A DNA stretch of 64,000 nucleotides, taken from Phycisphaerales bacterium. Its GTDB lineage: Bacteria > Planctomycetota > Phycisphaerae > WQYP01. Where the stretch lies: NCBI GenBank assembly GCA_027451365.1, contig DAIDJN010000041.1:89679-153678 (forward strand), read 5' to 3'. The notes below the pieces were generated by a model, which was not told where the DNA came from, searched no databases, and saw nothing but the letters and a program-made list of their open reading frames with translations. This document shows, piece by piece, positions 9,333-18,487 of this stretch. The first letter of the stretch is position 1, and each line of letters begins with the position of its first letter. The position numbers and the translations under genes are program-made.

Positions 9333-11873
9333 GTGAGCGGAAGTGAATATTATTTTGGCATAGACTTAGGCACCACCAATTCCAGTATTTCGCTTTGTCT
9401 GGACGGGCAAGTGCGGGTATTGCCCAACATGGACGGTGATCAAATCACACCTTCGGTGGTCCATGTGGATGAACTTGGCGTTATTCGCATCGGACGTCAG
9501 GCGTATGAATCTTGGGCGGTGGATCCGGCCAATACCCAGGCTGAATTCAAACGTTGGATGGGCTTCTCCGATGAGCTTGCTTTTCCCGCATCCGGGCGCA
9601 GCATTTCCGCGGAGGAACTTTCCGCCGAGGTCCTTAAATCTCTTTTGGCTGATGCCCAGCGGCACACCGGAGTGCGGCCCGAGTCTTCTGTGGTAACCGT
9701 TCCCGCCGCCTTCGGACAGTTGCAATGTGAAGCCACCACCCGTGCCGCCGCCCGTGCGGGACTTAAGATTGCACCACTGCTTCAGGAACCCATTGCCACA
9801 GCGATCGCCTATGGGGCGGATCCAACCGCTGGTGATCAGCGTTGGATGGTGTTTGATCTTGGTGGCGGCACGTTGGATATTGCCATAGTCTCCACGCGCA
9901 ACGGGCGACTGGCGGTGCTGGAACACTGCGGCGATAACCGCCTTGGTGGAAAAGATATGGATCGCGCGATTGCGTCGGATATTTTTATTCCCGCACTTGC
10001 CGGCGGCTTTACACTGCCGGATCAACAAAAGCAGCCAGCGGCCTTTAATCAATTATTTCGCCGGTTGGTGCGGCACGCAGAGATAGCAAAAAAAGTGCTT
10101 TCCACAACCGATTCCGCGAATATTTCCCTGCTTGATCTGGGCGTGGACAAGCAAGGGCGCCCCATGCAGATGTCGCTTACGGTGACACGATCTCAGATGA
10201 CCGCCGCAATTCAGCCACTCCTGGATCGCTGCCTTAGCCTGGCGCAACTGGCACTCACCAAGGCGCGTATGACCGCCAGTGGCCTGACGAGTGTCATTGG
10301 TGTCGGTGGGCCTGCCCGCATGCCCTGCATTCGGGACATGCTGGAGTCCAGCATGGGCATTGCAATGCGCTGCGACCTTGATCCAATGACAGTGGTTTCC
10401 CAGGGTGCGGCCCGATTTGCCGCCGCCAGCGATTGCCTGGGCGCGACTGGATTATCCGAAACGGATCAACCAGCGACCAGTGAAAGTGCTTCCATAAAAG
10501 TTCCTATTTCAATTTCGCATGAACGGTCCAGTGCCACGGTCTTATCGCCGGTAGGTGGCACGGTCCCGTTATCCGCGGGCATTGCAACTATCCGGTTGAA
10601 AAGGCGTGGTGGAAAAGTCGAATGGAACAGCGGCTTGATTCCTATTGTCAGCGGCCAGTTTTCCACCACTTTAAAATTGGATGAAAAAGCGGCCGTCACG
10701 CGGTTTGTTATTGAGGCCTTTGGCAAACAGGGTCAGGCTATTCCCGTTGATCCTTCCGGCTTTTCAGTCGCGTTGGCCATGCCGCTGGCCGCCGCCCCGC
10801 TTCCGCATACCATCGCGGTGGAATTAACCGACGTGCATGGAAATACTGTGTATGAGCCGATTTTTCAACGTGACAGTGCGCTGCCCGCGGAAGTCACCCG
10901 CAGCTATAGGGCGGAGGCGTCGCTGCGGCCCAGTGAGCCGGAAGGTCGTTTGCCGATTAAATTCTGGGAAATAGATGTATCGGAAGATACGTCAGAGCGC
11001 TGGTGGTGCGGCTGTGTGGAAATTTCCGCCACGAATTTAAGCCGTCCTGTTTCCGAAGGTGCGGAAATACAATTGAAAATCCGTATCGATGCATCCCGCA
11101 AGATTCATGTCAATGCCCATATTCCCTCGATTCATCAGACCTTTGCGGAAGATGTCTATCTGCCGGATCCGCCATCGGCAAGTTCTCATTTGCAAACACA
11201 GCTTGATTCCTGTTTTGACCGTTTACGAAGCGCCTGGCAGCGAATCTATTCCTCCGGCAAAGATGATTTGAAACCAACGTTAACCCGGATTCAGGAGGAG
11301 CTTGACGAAATGGCTTTGCAGACCGGATCGGTCATAGGGGCATCGCGCCGCATCGACCCGGATGTATTGTTGCGTCAGGCCGGGCTGCTGCGCGGGATAC
11401 GCATAAAACTGACGCACGTGGAAGAACAGTTGGTTTCAGAAATTGATCATGTGCTGCTGGTTAGAATTCAAGGCATCATGCGATTTACAGAGCAAATATG
11501 CCATGACCACGGCGATGCCGACGAACAAAAGCAATGTGCGGACTTGCGGCGGCGCTTTAACGGCTACAAATCTACCGGAGATTCCCGTGGCGTTCGCTGG
11601 ATTGAAATAGAACTGCGCCAATTGCAAAATCCGATACTCGAACGCATGCCCGAATACTGGACAGAGTGGCTTGAGGCGCTTAATTCGCCGGGGCGGTTTA
11701 ATTTTATTTCGCGACGCGAGGCGGACCAATGGCTGGGCAAAGCCAACGCGGCGGAGAAAGCAGGAGAGCAGACGGAAATGCGCCGGTGTATTCGCGCCTT
11801 ATGGAGCCTTCTACCCGATCGCGATCAGGCGGCACGCAACCGCGATTCGCAAACGGGTTTGCGGGGCGGATAA
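9333..11873 (+). CDS. Atypical Hsp70-family protein
   Basis: GIDLGTTNS, TVPAAF, LLQEPIA, VFDLGGGTLD, LGGKDMD and VGG motifs; start reassigned to GTG 9333 just after the upstream stop; extra beta-rich insert and helical C-terminus. Confidence 0.9.
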   Translation: MSGSEYYFGIDLGTTNSSISLCLDGQVRVLPNMDGDQITPSVVHVDELGVIRIGRQAYESWAVDPANTQAEFKRWMGFSDELAFPASGRSISAEELSAEVLKSLLADAQRHTGVRPESSVVTVPAAFGQLQCEATTRAAARAGLKIAPLLQEPIATAIAYGADPTAGDQRWMVFDLGGGTLDIAIVSTRNGRLAVLEHCGDNRLGGKDMDRAIASDIFIPALAGGFTLPDQQKQPAAFNQLFRRLVRHAEIAKKVLSTTDSANISLLDLGVDKQGRPMQMSLTVTRSQMTAAIQPLLDRCLSLAQLALTKARMTASGLTSVIGVGGPARMPCIRDMLESSMGIAMRCDLDPMTVVSQGAARFAAASDCLGATGLSETDQPATSESASIKVPISISHERSSATVLSPVGGTVPLSAGIATIRLKRRGGKVEWNSGLIPIVSGQFSTTLKLDEKAAVTRFVIEAFGKQGQAIPVDPSGFSVALAMPLAAAPLPHTIAVELTDVHGNTVYEPIFQRDSALPAEVTRSYRAEASLRPSEPEGRLPIKFWEIDVSEDTSERWWCGCVEISATNLSRPVSEGAEIQLKIRIDASRKIHVNAHIPSIHQTFAEDVYLPDPPSASSHLQTQLDSCFDRLRSAWQRIYSSGKDDLKPTLTRIQEELDEMALQTGSVIGASRRIDPDVLLRQAGLLRGIRIKLTHVEEQLVSEIDHVLLVRIQGIMRFTEQICHDHGDADEQKQCADLRRRFNGYKSTGDSRGVRWIEIELRQLQNPILERMPEYWTEWLEALNSPGRFNFISRREADQWLGKANAAEKAGEQTEMRRCIRALWSLLPDRDQAARNRDSQTGLRGG

Positions 11874-12264
11874 ATAAATCAGTCACTTGTCTGGCTTTAG
11901 CGGATGACTTTTATGGCTGGTGGCGGACGAACGCGGATTGCCTATGAATAACACCGCGACGCTGGTCCGCGGACCTTCGCGGAATCACCTGACAAATAGA
12001 CAATACATGATTAAATCAAAGGGTTTGTGCAAGTGGAACAATATTGCCGGAATTACGAAATATTTAAATGGTTCTCGCGAAGAATCGTAATACGTGGGTG
12101 GCCTGCGGTCGAGGTATCATTGATTGACAGTGTAGGAAATGGATCGCGACCGGTGTCTGCAAATAGCCCTTTCTGCCTTTCGGCATAAGACAAAGTGGAT
12201 TTTAAGCTCGCCTCGTCGCCGCCCGCGCGTTGACCGCAACCAGAAAAAAGTCTAGTTGAATGCA

Positions 12265-12294
12265 TTGACAGAACCAATAGAATTTGGGTACACT
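12265..12294 (+). promoter_or_regulatory. Putative sigma70 promoter
   Basis: TTGACA-N18-TACACT about 55 bp upstream of the ATG at 12348. Confidence 0.55.
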
Positions 12295-12347
12295 TATCAA
12301 CGTCTTATCTAGTTTCTAGTATATGTTTTGGCGTGCGGAGGTGCGGT

Positions 12348-13493
12348 ATGGAAATGCGTTGGTGTGTATTTTCCGGTCTGACTTTGGCTGTCTGGGGCGC
12401 TCAACCGACCTTGGCGGTAACTGCAAAGGCAACAACCGCGGGGCCGAGCGATGCGGCATTTTCCAACAATTCCGGCGGAGTGGTCAATGTGGCCGCTTAT
12501 AGCGAAGCCGCGGGAATTATGAATGCCTCGGTTACGCCGTCGGAAACGCTTGGCGGTGCCACAGTTCCAGTGGCAAGTTCTTCTTACGGCGTCGGCATTA
12601 CGAGCCAGGCAATAGCAGTTCCCGGCCCGATGAAAGTAAACCAGTTCGGATATTTGCGGCAAAGCTATACATTTCAGAAGCCCGTTGCCCAGATTAAACC
12701 TGTGAACAAAAGTTTACTGAGTTTCCCCGGCGATCAGGTTTCCATCACCTCGGAAACGGAGGGTTACACCGGTTTTGCGCAGGTCGAAAATGTCACCAAC
12801 CCTTTAACCGGCCAGGTTACTCCCCGTAATGCCGTGATCGCCGAGGCCAGCGTGCCCGATGGTGAGGTTCCTCCGGGTGATGCCGGCGCGCTTGCTGGCG
12901 ATCCGATTTCCATCCCAACAGGTACCTACAATTACAACCCCACAATTAGTTGCTCAATAACCGACAACACTTCCGGCGATGAGGCTGTGGCGCAGACTTA
13001 TGCGGTTGATGCATCCACGTTCACGTCCGATTCGCTGGACAATTTCGGGCTTGACGGCATGCCCCTGTCCCAAACGCTGTGGTATGTCACGGTGGGGGAG
13101 GCGGGGCCAGTGACCAGCGCCGGTTCGCTGGCGAAACTGGAGATTGATTTCGAGCTTAATCCGCTGGCGCTTAAGGAAATTACACTTCCGCAATCGTTTC
13201 TCAATTCCCTGCCGGCCTTTACAACTACCGCCCAGGAAATCGCGGAAATAAATCAGGCCGTCGACAACGCCATCGCCAATGGGATGGCGTTCAGTGGAAA
13301 TCAGGAAACGCTCAACGGATTCGATCCGTTTCCTGTCGGCACTACCTACAGCCCGCTTTCCAATAACCAGGCTTATGGAGACGGAGCCGCCGCCGAAGTG
13401 GCCGCTCCAGTGCCAGCTTCCATCTGGCTGATGGGATTTGGAACTTTGGTTCTGCTGACGCGGAAATCGCAGACTCGTATAAAGTGTTCCTGA
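12348..13493 (+). CDS. Secreted surface protein with PEP-CTERM-like (APVPA) tail
   Basis: GGAGG RBS, signal peptide, S/T/A/G-rich body, C-terminus APVPASIWLMGFGTLVLLTRK. Confidence 0.8.
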   Translation: MEMRWCVFSGLTLAVWGAQPTLAVTAKATTAGPSDAAFSNNSGGVVNVAAYSEAAGIMNASVTPSETLGGATVPVASSSYGVGITSQAIAVPGPMKVNQFGYLRQSYTFQKPVAQIKPVNKSLLSFPGDQVSITSETEGYTGFAQVENVTNPLTGQVTPRNAVIAEASVPDGEVPPGDAGALAGDPISIPTGTYNYNPTISCSITDNTSGDEAVAQTYAVDASTFTSDSLDNFGLDGMPLSQTLWYVTVGEAGPVTSAGSLAKLEIDFELNPLALKEITLPQSFLNSLPAFTTTAQEIAEINQAVDNAIANGMAFSGNQETLNGFDPFPVGTTYSPLSNNQAYGDGAAAEVAAPVPASIWLMGFGTLVLLTRKSQTRIKCS

Positions 13494-14120
13494 TATTTGT
13501 ACCGTAGCGGCAGGTCGCCTGTTCCGCGACGGGCGGCCATAAATGCTTGCCATTGCGTTAGTCATTTGTGTTCTGACGGATCGGGGATTATCGCAGGATC
13601 GCCAAGTGTATTCGCTCGCATTATTCCCTTTCGTGGCACGGTATTGGCAATCACTTCTGTTTACATTTGGTTTTCGTTCGTTGCCATAATTGGCGGCTTT
13701 TGATTATTCGCGATTATTATTCTTTGGCCAAATGTTGAAAATGGGTTGCATAAGCGGCCGGTTTTCCAATTGGCCAAAGAATTGGCGATCCCCATAGTTG
13801 AAACTACGAAGCGCCAACAACAATGGTATTTAACTGCGTTTGGCGTTATAAACAACTGCGGGCAAAGCCATCTGTGGGGCCGCAAAGGCATAATACAGGC
13901 CGCGTTTATCAGGCATTGAAGTTCGTTTTGCACTTCGTTGCCACAGGCTGCAAATACCGTAGCCGATAGGTGAAAAGCCTAATGCCAGGATGGCAATATT
14001 CGGAGTCGGCGTCAGGCAGGAATTCGTAGGGCTTTTATCGAGAAAATTCCAATGGCGTGGATCGCTCCAAACTGGAATAATAACCATCATGGAAGCCGGG
14101 AATGCGAGAAGCGGACGGTT

Positions 14121-14138
14121 TTGTGAATAGTTTCACAA
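14121..14138. promoter_or_regulatory. Rex box (also fits a CRP-type TGTGA-N6-TCACA site)
   Basis: TTGTGAA-TAGT-TTCACAA, an exact match to the Rex consensus TTGTGAA-N4-TTCACAA, 70 bp upstream of the cytochrome c gene. Confidence 0.75.
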
Positions 14139-14208
14139 TATCCGCATAAAACCCGGAACTTTCTGTTTTGTCGTTGTGTACGGCAAAGAAGCTGCTTAAG
14201 GAGAAACC

Positions 14209-14685
14209 ATGTTTGGTCGAAGCTGCGTGAAATCATGCCTTCTTGTTCTGGGCATTGCCGCGGTAACCTGTGGTATCACAGGTTCGCTGGAGGCGGCTTA
14301 TCAGATCGCCGCAACGGGGCGTGTGACGGGCATTTTTCATTTTGATTCTTGGCGAGCGCCCGCCAGGGCGAAAAAAATCACCAATCCAATCCCCCTTACT
14401 CCGGCCTCGGTACAGGCCGGCGAAGTGGTGTACACGCAAAATTGTGTCGCATGCCACGGGGCCAATGCACAGGGAGACGGGCCGACTGGGGCGTTTTTAT
14501 CGCCGCACCCGGCCAATTTGACCAAAGCCAGCTTCTGGGCGCAAGGCGAAGGTGCCATTTTCTGGAAAATCAGCCATGGACACAGCCCGATGCCGGAATT
14601 TGCCGATTCATTAAGCCGCAAACAGCGCTGGAATGTCATCAATTATCTGAAGAAAAATTTTGATCCAGCCGGGGCGGGGAAGTAA
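14209..14685 (+). CDS. Monohaem class I cytochrome c, exported
   Basis: AAGGAG RBS; signal/anchor sequence; CVACHG..GDGP; axial Met in SPMPEF. Confidence 0.92.
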   Translation: MFGRSCVKSCLLVLGIAAVTCGITGSLEAAYQIAATGRVTGIFHFDSWRAPARAKKITNPIPLTPASVQAGEVVYTQNCVACHGANAQGDGPTGAFLSPHPANLTKASFWAQGEGAIFWKISHGHSPMPEFADSLSRKQRWNVINYLKKNFDPAGAGK

Positions 14686-14728
14686 CCCGTTTTGACTGAA
14701 TGTCCATTTTCCAGGGAAAGGAACCACC

Positions 14729-16093
14729 ATGAGACGTAGTACCCGAGTCGCGATGTGCCTCGCACTGGGACTGGCGGCATTGCCAGTTGCCGGTCTGCGT
14801 GCGGACCCGACCACCCAGCAGAAGTACGATGCCCTGAAAGCTCAGATGGCCGCCATGGCCCGGCAGATGGCTTCCATGCAGAAGCAAATGGCCGCGATGA
14901 AAAAGCAGCAGGCCGCAATGGCCGCTTCCACTCAATCCACCGATCAGAAAGCCATAGATCGATCTGTTCGCAGGCTCTACAAAAAGGTCATGAAGGAAAG
15001 TCAGAAGATTAGCGCTTTGGAACCTGGAAACATTCAGGTGCTCATTGCCGGCGATGTGAATTTTCAGTTTCAGCATCAGCAGGGCCATGCCTCTACCTTT
15101 TACGCCGATTCCAGCCCGATGATTCAAGTTCGTGTGGATAAGAATATTTTTATCAACACCGCGTTCGATTTCTATACCCAGTCCGGCGGTGCCGGCGGCG
15201 TCAATTCCGACATTGGTGCCGCGAACCTGAATTATGAATTAAATGATAATATAACCCTTGGCGGTGGTCTCATCAGCAGCCCCATCGGCGGGATTGTGGG
15301 TATATATAATCCCGCACCGTGGAACAGGTGGGTTGTGGATGGCTCCTTGGAAGACAATCTGCTTCCCCCAAATGAACTCGGCGTCTGGGCTCGAGGCGGT
15401 GTTCCGGCTCCCAACAATCTCGGCTATCTGACTTATTTTCTATTTGCCAGCAACGGGCCGGCATCTACCTCGACCAACGGAACCGCCAATAGCGCCGGTT
15501 CGTACAACTCTTATACTGGACTTAATTACGGCAATTGGAATCCGGCGGCACAAAACGGCAAGGCCATTGGTGGCCGCGTCAGCTATCTGCCCATTCCCAA
15601 TATCGAAGTCGGATATTCTTTTGAATATGCCCGTCCCAGTGCCGATGGCAGTCCGGTTACCATTAACTCGCTGGTACAGGCCGTGGATTTCAACGCCTAT
15701 TATGTCAACAAAAAAATTGACGGGCTGTTCCGCGTACGGGGTGGCTGGACCTGGGATCAGGTCGGTCAAGGCCTGGTCGTGGCCAATGCTTCGGGCGGAT
15801 TCAGCAGTCTTGGCGGCGATTCCAACGGCGGCCAGATCGAATTTGCCTATCAGCCGTCCATGTGCGGTATTAAATATCTCAATCGTGTCATGGCGGCGTT
15901 CCGTTACGACAGGATTGATGGTCCTGTTTCTCAGGCGCTTAGCGGTTCAGACCACGAACAGCGTTACACCTTCGGCCTGGATTACTGGTTGCATTCCAAC
16001 GCGGTTCTCAAATGCGAGTATGAATTTGATAACCTGTCCGGTGGCCAGCACGGTGCTGACGCCGTATTTATGCAGTTTGCGGTTGGTATCTGA
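14729..16093 (+). CDS. Outer-membrane beta-barrel (porin-like) protein with N-terminal coiled coil
   Basis: Signal peptide; Met/Gln/Ala coiled coil; alternating amphipathic strands (IGGRVSYLP, IEFAYQP, FRYDRID, YTFGLDYW, LKCEYEF, FMQFAVGI). Confidence 0.85.
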   Translation: MRRSTRVAMCLALGLAALPVAGLRADPTTQQKYDALKAQMAAMARQMASMQKQMAAMKKQQAAMAASTQSTDQKAIDRSVRRLYKKVMKESQKISALEPGNIQVLIAGDVNFQFQHQQGHASTFYADSSPMIQVRVDKNIFINTAFDFYTQSGGAGGVNSDIGAANLNYELNDNITLGGGLISSPIGGIVGIYNPAPWNRWVVDGSLEDNLLPPNELGVWARGGVPAPNNLGYLTYFLFASNGPASTSTNGTANSAGSYNSYTGLNYGNWNPAAQNGKAIGGRVSYLPIPNIEVGYSFEYARPSADGSPVTINSLVQAVDFNAYYVNKKIDGLFRVRGGWTWDQVGQGLVVANASGGFSSLGGDSNGGQIEFAYQPSMCGIKYLNRVMAAFRYDRIDGPVSQALSGSDHEQRYTFGLDYWLHSNAVLKCEYEFDNLSGGQHGADAVFMQFAVGI

Positions 16094-16132
16094 ATCAGTT
16101 GATTTTGACATGATCAATATTAGGAGTTCATC

Positions 16133-16483
16133 ATGAAGATGTTCCCGGCATTTCATTTCGTAAAGGCCGCCACAATCGGTCTTGCAGTCGCGACCGCGGT
16201 AAGTCTGGCGGGTTGCAGCGGATCTTCACCCAAGCAGACCACCGCCGCCAAAAAACCGTTACCGCCTCACCCTATGTTCACGTTCAAGGATCCGGCTGAC
16301 AATGAATCCGGTGCCCAGATATGGTCGCAAAACTGTATGCGATGCCATCAACTTCGCTCTCCGGCTCAATACACGCCCGCTCAATGGGGTGTCATTGTCC
16401 AGTACATGCGGCTAAAGGCTGGCCTTACCGGTGAACAGGCCAAAAAGGTGCTGGCCTTTTTGCAAAGTGCCAGTGCGCATTAA
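16133..16483 (+). CDS. Lipoprotein monohaem cytochrome c
   Basis: AGGAG RBS; lipobox LAGC; CMRCH followed by QW..IVQYM (TorC C-terminal/DHC-like pattern). Confidence 0.88.
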   Translation: MKMFPAFHFVKAATIGLAVATAVSLAGCSGSSPKQTTAAKKPLPPHPMFTFKDPADNESGAQIWSQNCMRCHQLRSPAQYTPAQWGVIVQYMRLKAGLTGEQAKKVLAFLQSASAH

Positions 16484-16744
16484 CGCCCGCGTGCTTAAGC
16501 CGTATCCGGTTAGTCAATCCGGAGCTTAAGCATTTGCAAACAGTCTTGCCCTCCCGTGGCCGGCTGCGGATTGCAGCTTCCGTGGTCGGCCACGATTTTT
16601 TATTCCGGCAGACTGGTCTGGCCGGGTGTTCTGCAGTTTTCCGGTGCCTTCGGATAAGCGGCAAAAACCGAGTGTGAAAGCTGAAGCCGCAAAATAAGGT
16701 TTTGGAGATGTTTGTTTTCGAGGGCAATCATGCGCCAGCCATTG

Positions 16745-17254
16745 TTATATTCTTTGATCTGTGTCCAGATCGGACCCGGACCACACCGCTCCGGCTGCCG
16801 ATGCGACGCCGGCTCGCAAAGCTGGATCCATTCTTCTTCCACTGATGATTTCCGGTATCAGTTTGCGGGTCGGCAAATCTGCCAGCGGCGTGCGCCGACC
16901 GTGGCCCGGCCGGTGCGAATGCCGCAGCCGGTTGTATTTAGCGTCATTGGCCGCTCGCACCAGAGCTTTTTCGCCAATGTCGGTCACAGCGACCAGCCGC
17001 CCTTCCATAAGAATGGACGCATAGTCGTCAAGTTGGTCGCTGTAGCTGTCAATTTCAAAACAGACCTGATTATTGACCGAAAGAATGTCCCCTTTACGTC
17101 CGGTCATGGGTACCCGAAGATACAGGCACCCATTTACAAAACAGAACGGAAGTGGAATGGCGTATGGCCGGCCATCGGGATGCGCCAAGGCCAGCCTGCC
17201 GATAAGGGTGTTATTCAGCATGTCGGCGATCTGGTCGTGACTCATGGGAATCAT
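16745..17254 (-). CDS. Pyridoxamine 5'-phosphate oxidase/NimA-like flavin-binding protein
   Basis: GRLAL..DGRPYAIPLPF, GRK, NNQVCFEID, YASILMEG. Confidence 0.85.
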   Translation of the reverse strand: MIPMSHDQIADMLNNTLIGRLALAHPDGRPYAIPLPFCFVNGCLYLRVPMTGRKGDILSVNNQVCFEIDSYSDQLDDYASILMEGRLVAVTDIGEKALVRAANDAKYNRLRHSHRPGHGRRTPLADLPTRKLIPEIISGRRMDPALRAGVASAAGAVWSGSDLDTDQRI

Positions 17255-17357
17255 AAAATTTTATCCCTTAAAAATTTTGTCTGGAAGCAGAATGCGAGTT
17301 TAGAATCCGGCGCAGCCGGTGTCAATGCCGCCACGTGGAGTCCGCAGGAGTCGCATC

Positions 17358-18485
17358 ATGGTAATGCTTAAAACGGATCGCACGACAATCAGCCCCGGCG
17401 GCCTGAATTATAGCTCCGCCGATTTTGCCCACTCACCGCTGGTGGTATTTTATGAGGTCACCCGAGCCTGCAATCTACTTTGCCGCCATTGTCGCGCCGA
17501 AGCTCAGCCACACCGGCATCCGGAGGAACTTGCGCCCGCCGCATCGTTGCGGTTGCTTGATGCGCTGGCCACGTTTTCCAAGCCGCCGCTGGTGGTGCTT
17601 ACGGGCGGTGACCCGATCAAGCGTGCTGATATATTTGATATTGTGACCCATGGTGTTTCCCTTGGCCTGAAAATGGCCATGACGCCCTCCGCCACCAAGC
17701 TGGTCACGACCGATGCGGTGGGCCGTCTGAAGGTCGCGGGACTGCACCGTCTGGCTGTAAGCCTGGATGGTGCCGATGCGGCGCGTCATGACGATTTCCG
17801 CCGTGTGCCGGGCAGCTTTGCCCGCACACTGGAGATTATGAATGATGCCCGCAGTTGCGGTCTTTCCATGCAGATCAACACTACCATCACGCGGCACAAT
17901 GTGGATCAGATTGATGAAATGGCCGATCTGTTGGACGGCTTTGGCATCGCGCTCTGGTCGGTATTTTTTTTAGTTCCCACGGGCCGGGCGGATATCAGTC
18001 AGCGCATCGCCCCTGAACAATATGAACAGGTATTTGAAAAGTTGCATAATTTTGCGGGCCGGCATCCCTACGCCGTCAAAACCACTGAAGCGCCCCATTA
18101 TCGCCGCTTTGTGCTTGAAAAGCAGCGGCTGGGCGGCACTTCCGCGCCTGGTGGTCAGGGGCTGGCGGCCAATATCGTCGGCACAAATGACGGCAAAGGT
18201 GTCATGTTCATCAGCCACCTCGGTCAAATATTCCCCACCGGCTTTCTGCCCATTGAATGCGGCCGCTTCCCGGCACATTCCCCCGTGGACGTTTACCGGA
18301 ATTCTCCCTTGTTCAAGGACCTGCGCAACCCCAATAAACTGCAGGGCAAATGCGGCTTCTGCCAATACCGCGATATTTGTGGCGGCAGCCGCGCCCGTGC
18401 CTTTGGGGTTACCGGCAATCCGCTTGCCGCCGAGCCAGACTGTGTGTACGTTTCGCCAAACGCGCCATCTCTAAGGAGTGTTTAA
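17358..18485 (+). CDS. ahbD: Radical SAM/SPASM protein, AhbD/NirJ-like (probable Fe-coproporphyrin decarboxylase)
   Basis: AGGAG RBS before ATG 17358; CNLLCRHC; TGGDP; TTEAPHYRR; SPASM CGFCQYRDICGGSRARA; adjacent to an ahbC-like gene. Confidence 0.65.
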   Translation: MVMLKTDRTTISPGGLNYSSADFAHSPLVVFYEVTRACNLLCRHCRAEAQPHRHPEELAPAASLRLLDALATFSKPPLVVLTGGDPIKRADIFDIVTHGVSLGLKMAMTPSATKLVTTDAVGRLKVAGLHRLAVSLDGADAARHDDFRRVPGSFARTLEIMNDARSCGLSMQINTTITRHNVDQIDEMADLLDGFGIALWSVFFLVPTGRADISQRIAPEQYEQVFEKLHNFAGRHPYAVKTTEAPHYRRFVLEKQRLGGTSAPGGQGLAANIVGTNDGKGVMFISHLGQIFPTGFLPIECGRFPAHSPVDVYRNSPLFKDLRNPNKLQGKCGFCQYRDICGGSRARAFGVTGNPLAAEPDCVYVSPNAPSLRSV

Positions 18486-18487
18486 TT

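Noticed and set aside
9333..11873. Housekeeping dnaK
   Set aside because: Too long and divergent, lacks the canonical linker/SBD sequence and the grpE-dnaJ context
13497..14090. Short ORFs between the APVPA gene and the cytochrome operon
   Set aside because: No RBS or motif, mutually overlapping on both strands; treated as intergenic or decayed DNA
14729..16093. Cyc2 or MtrB/PioB orthologue
   Set aside because: No CxxCH in the porin, much shorter than MtrB-type barrels, and the partners are monohaem
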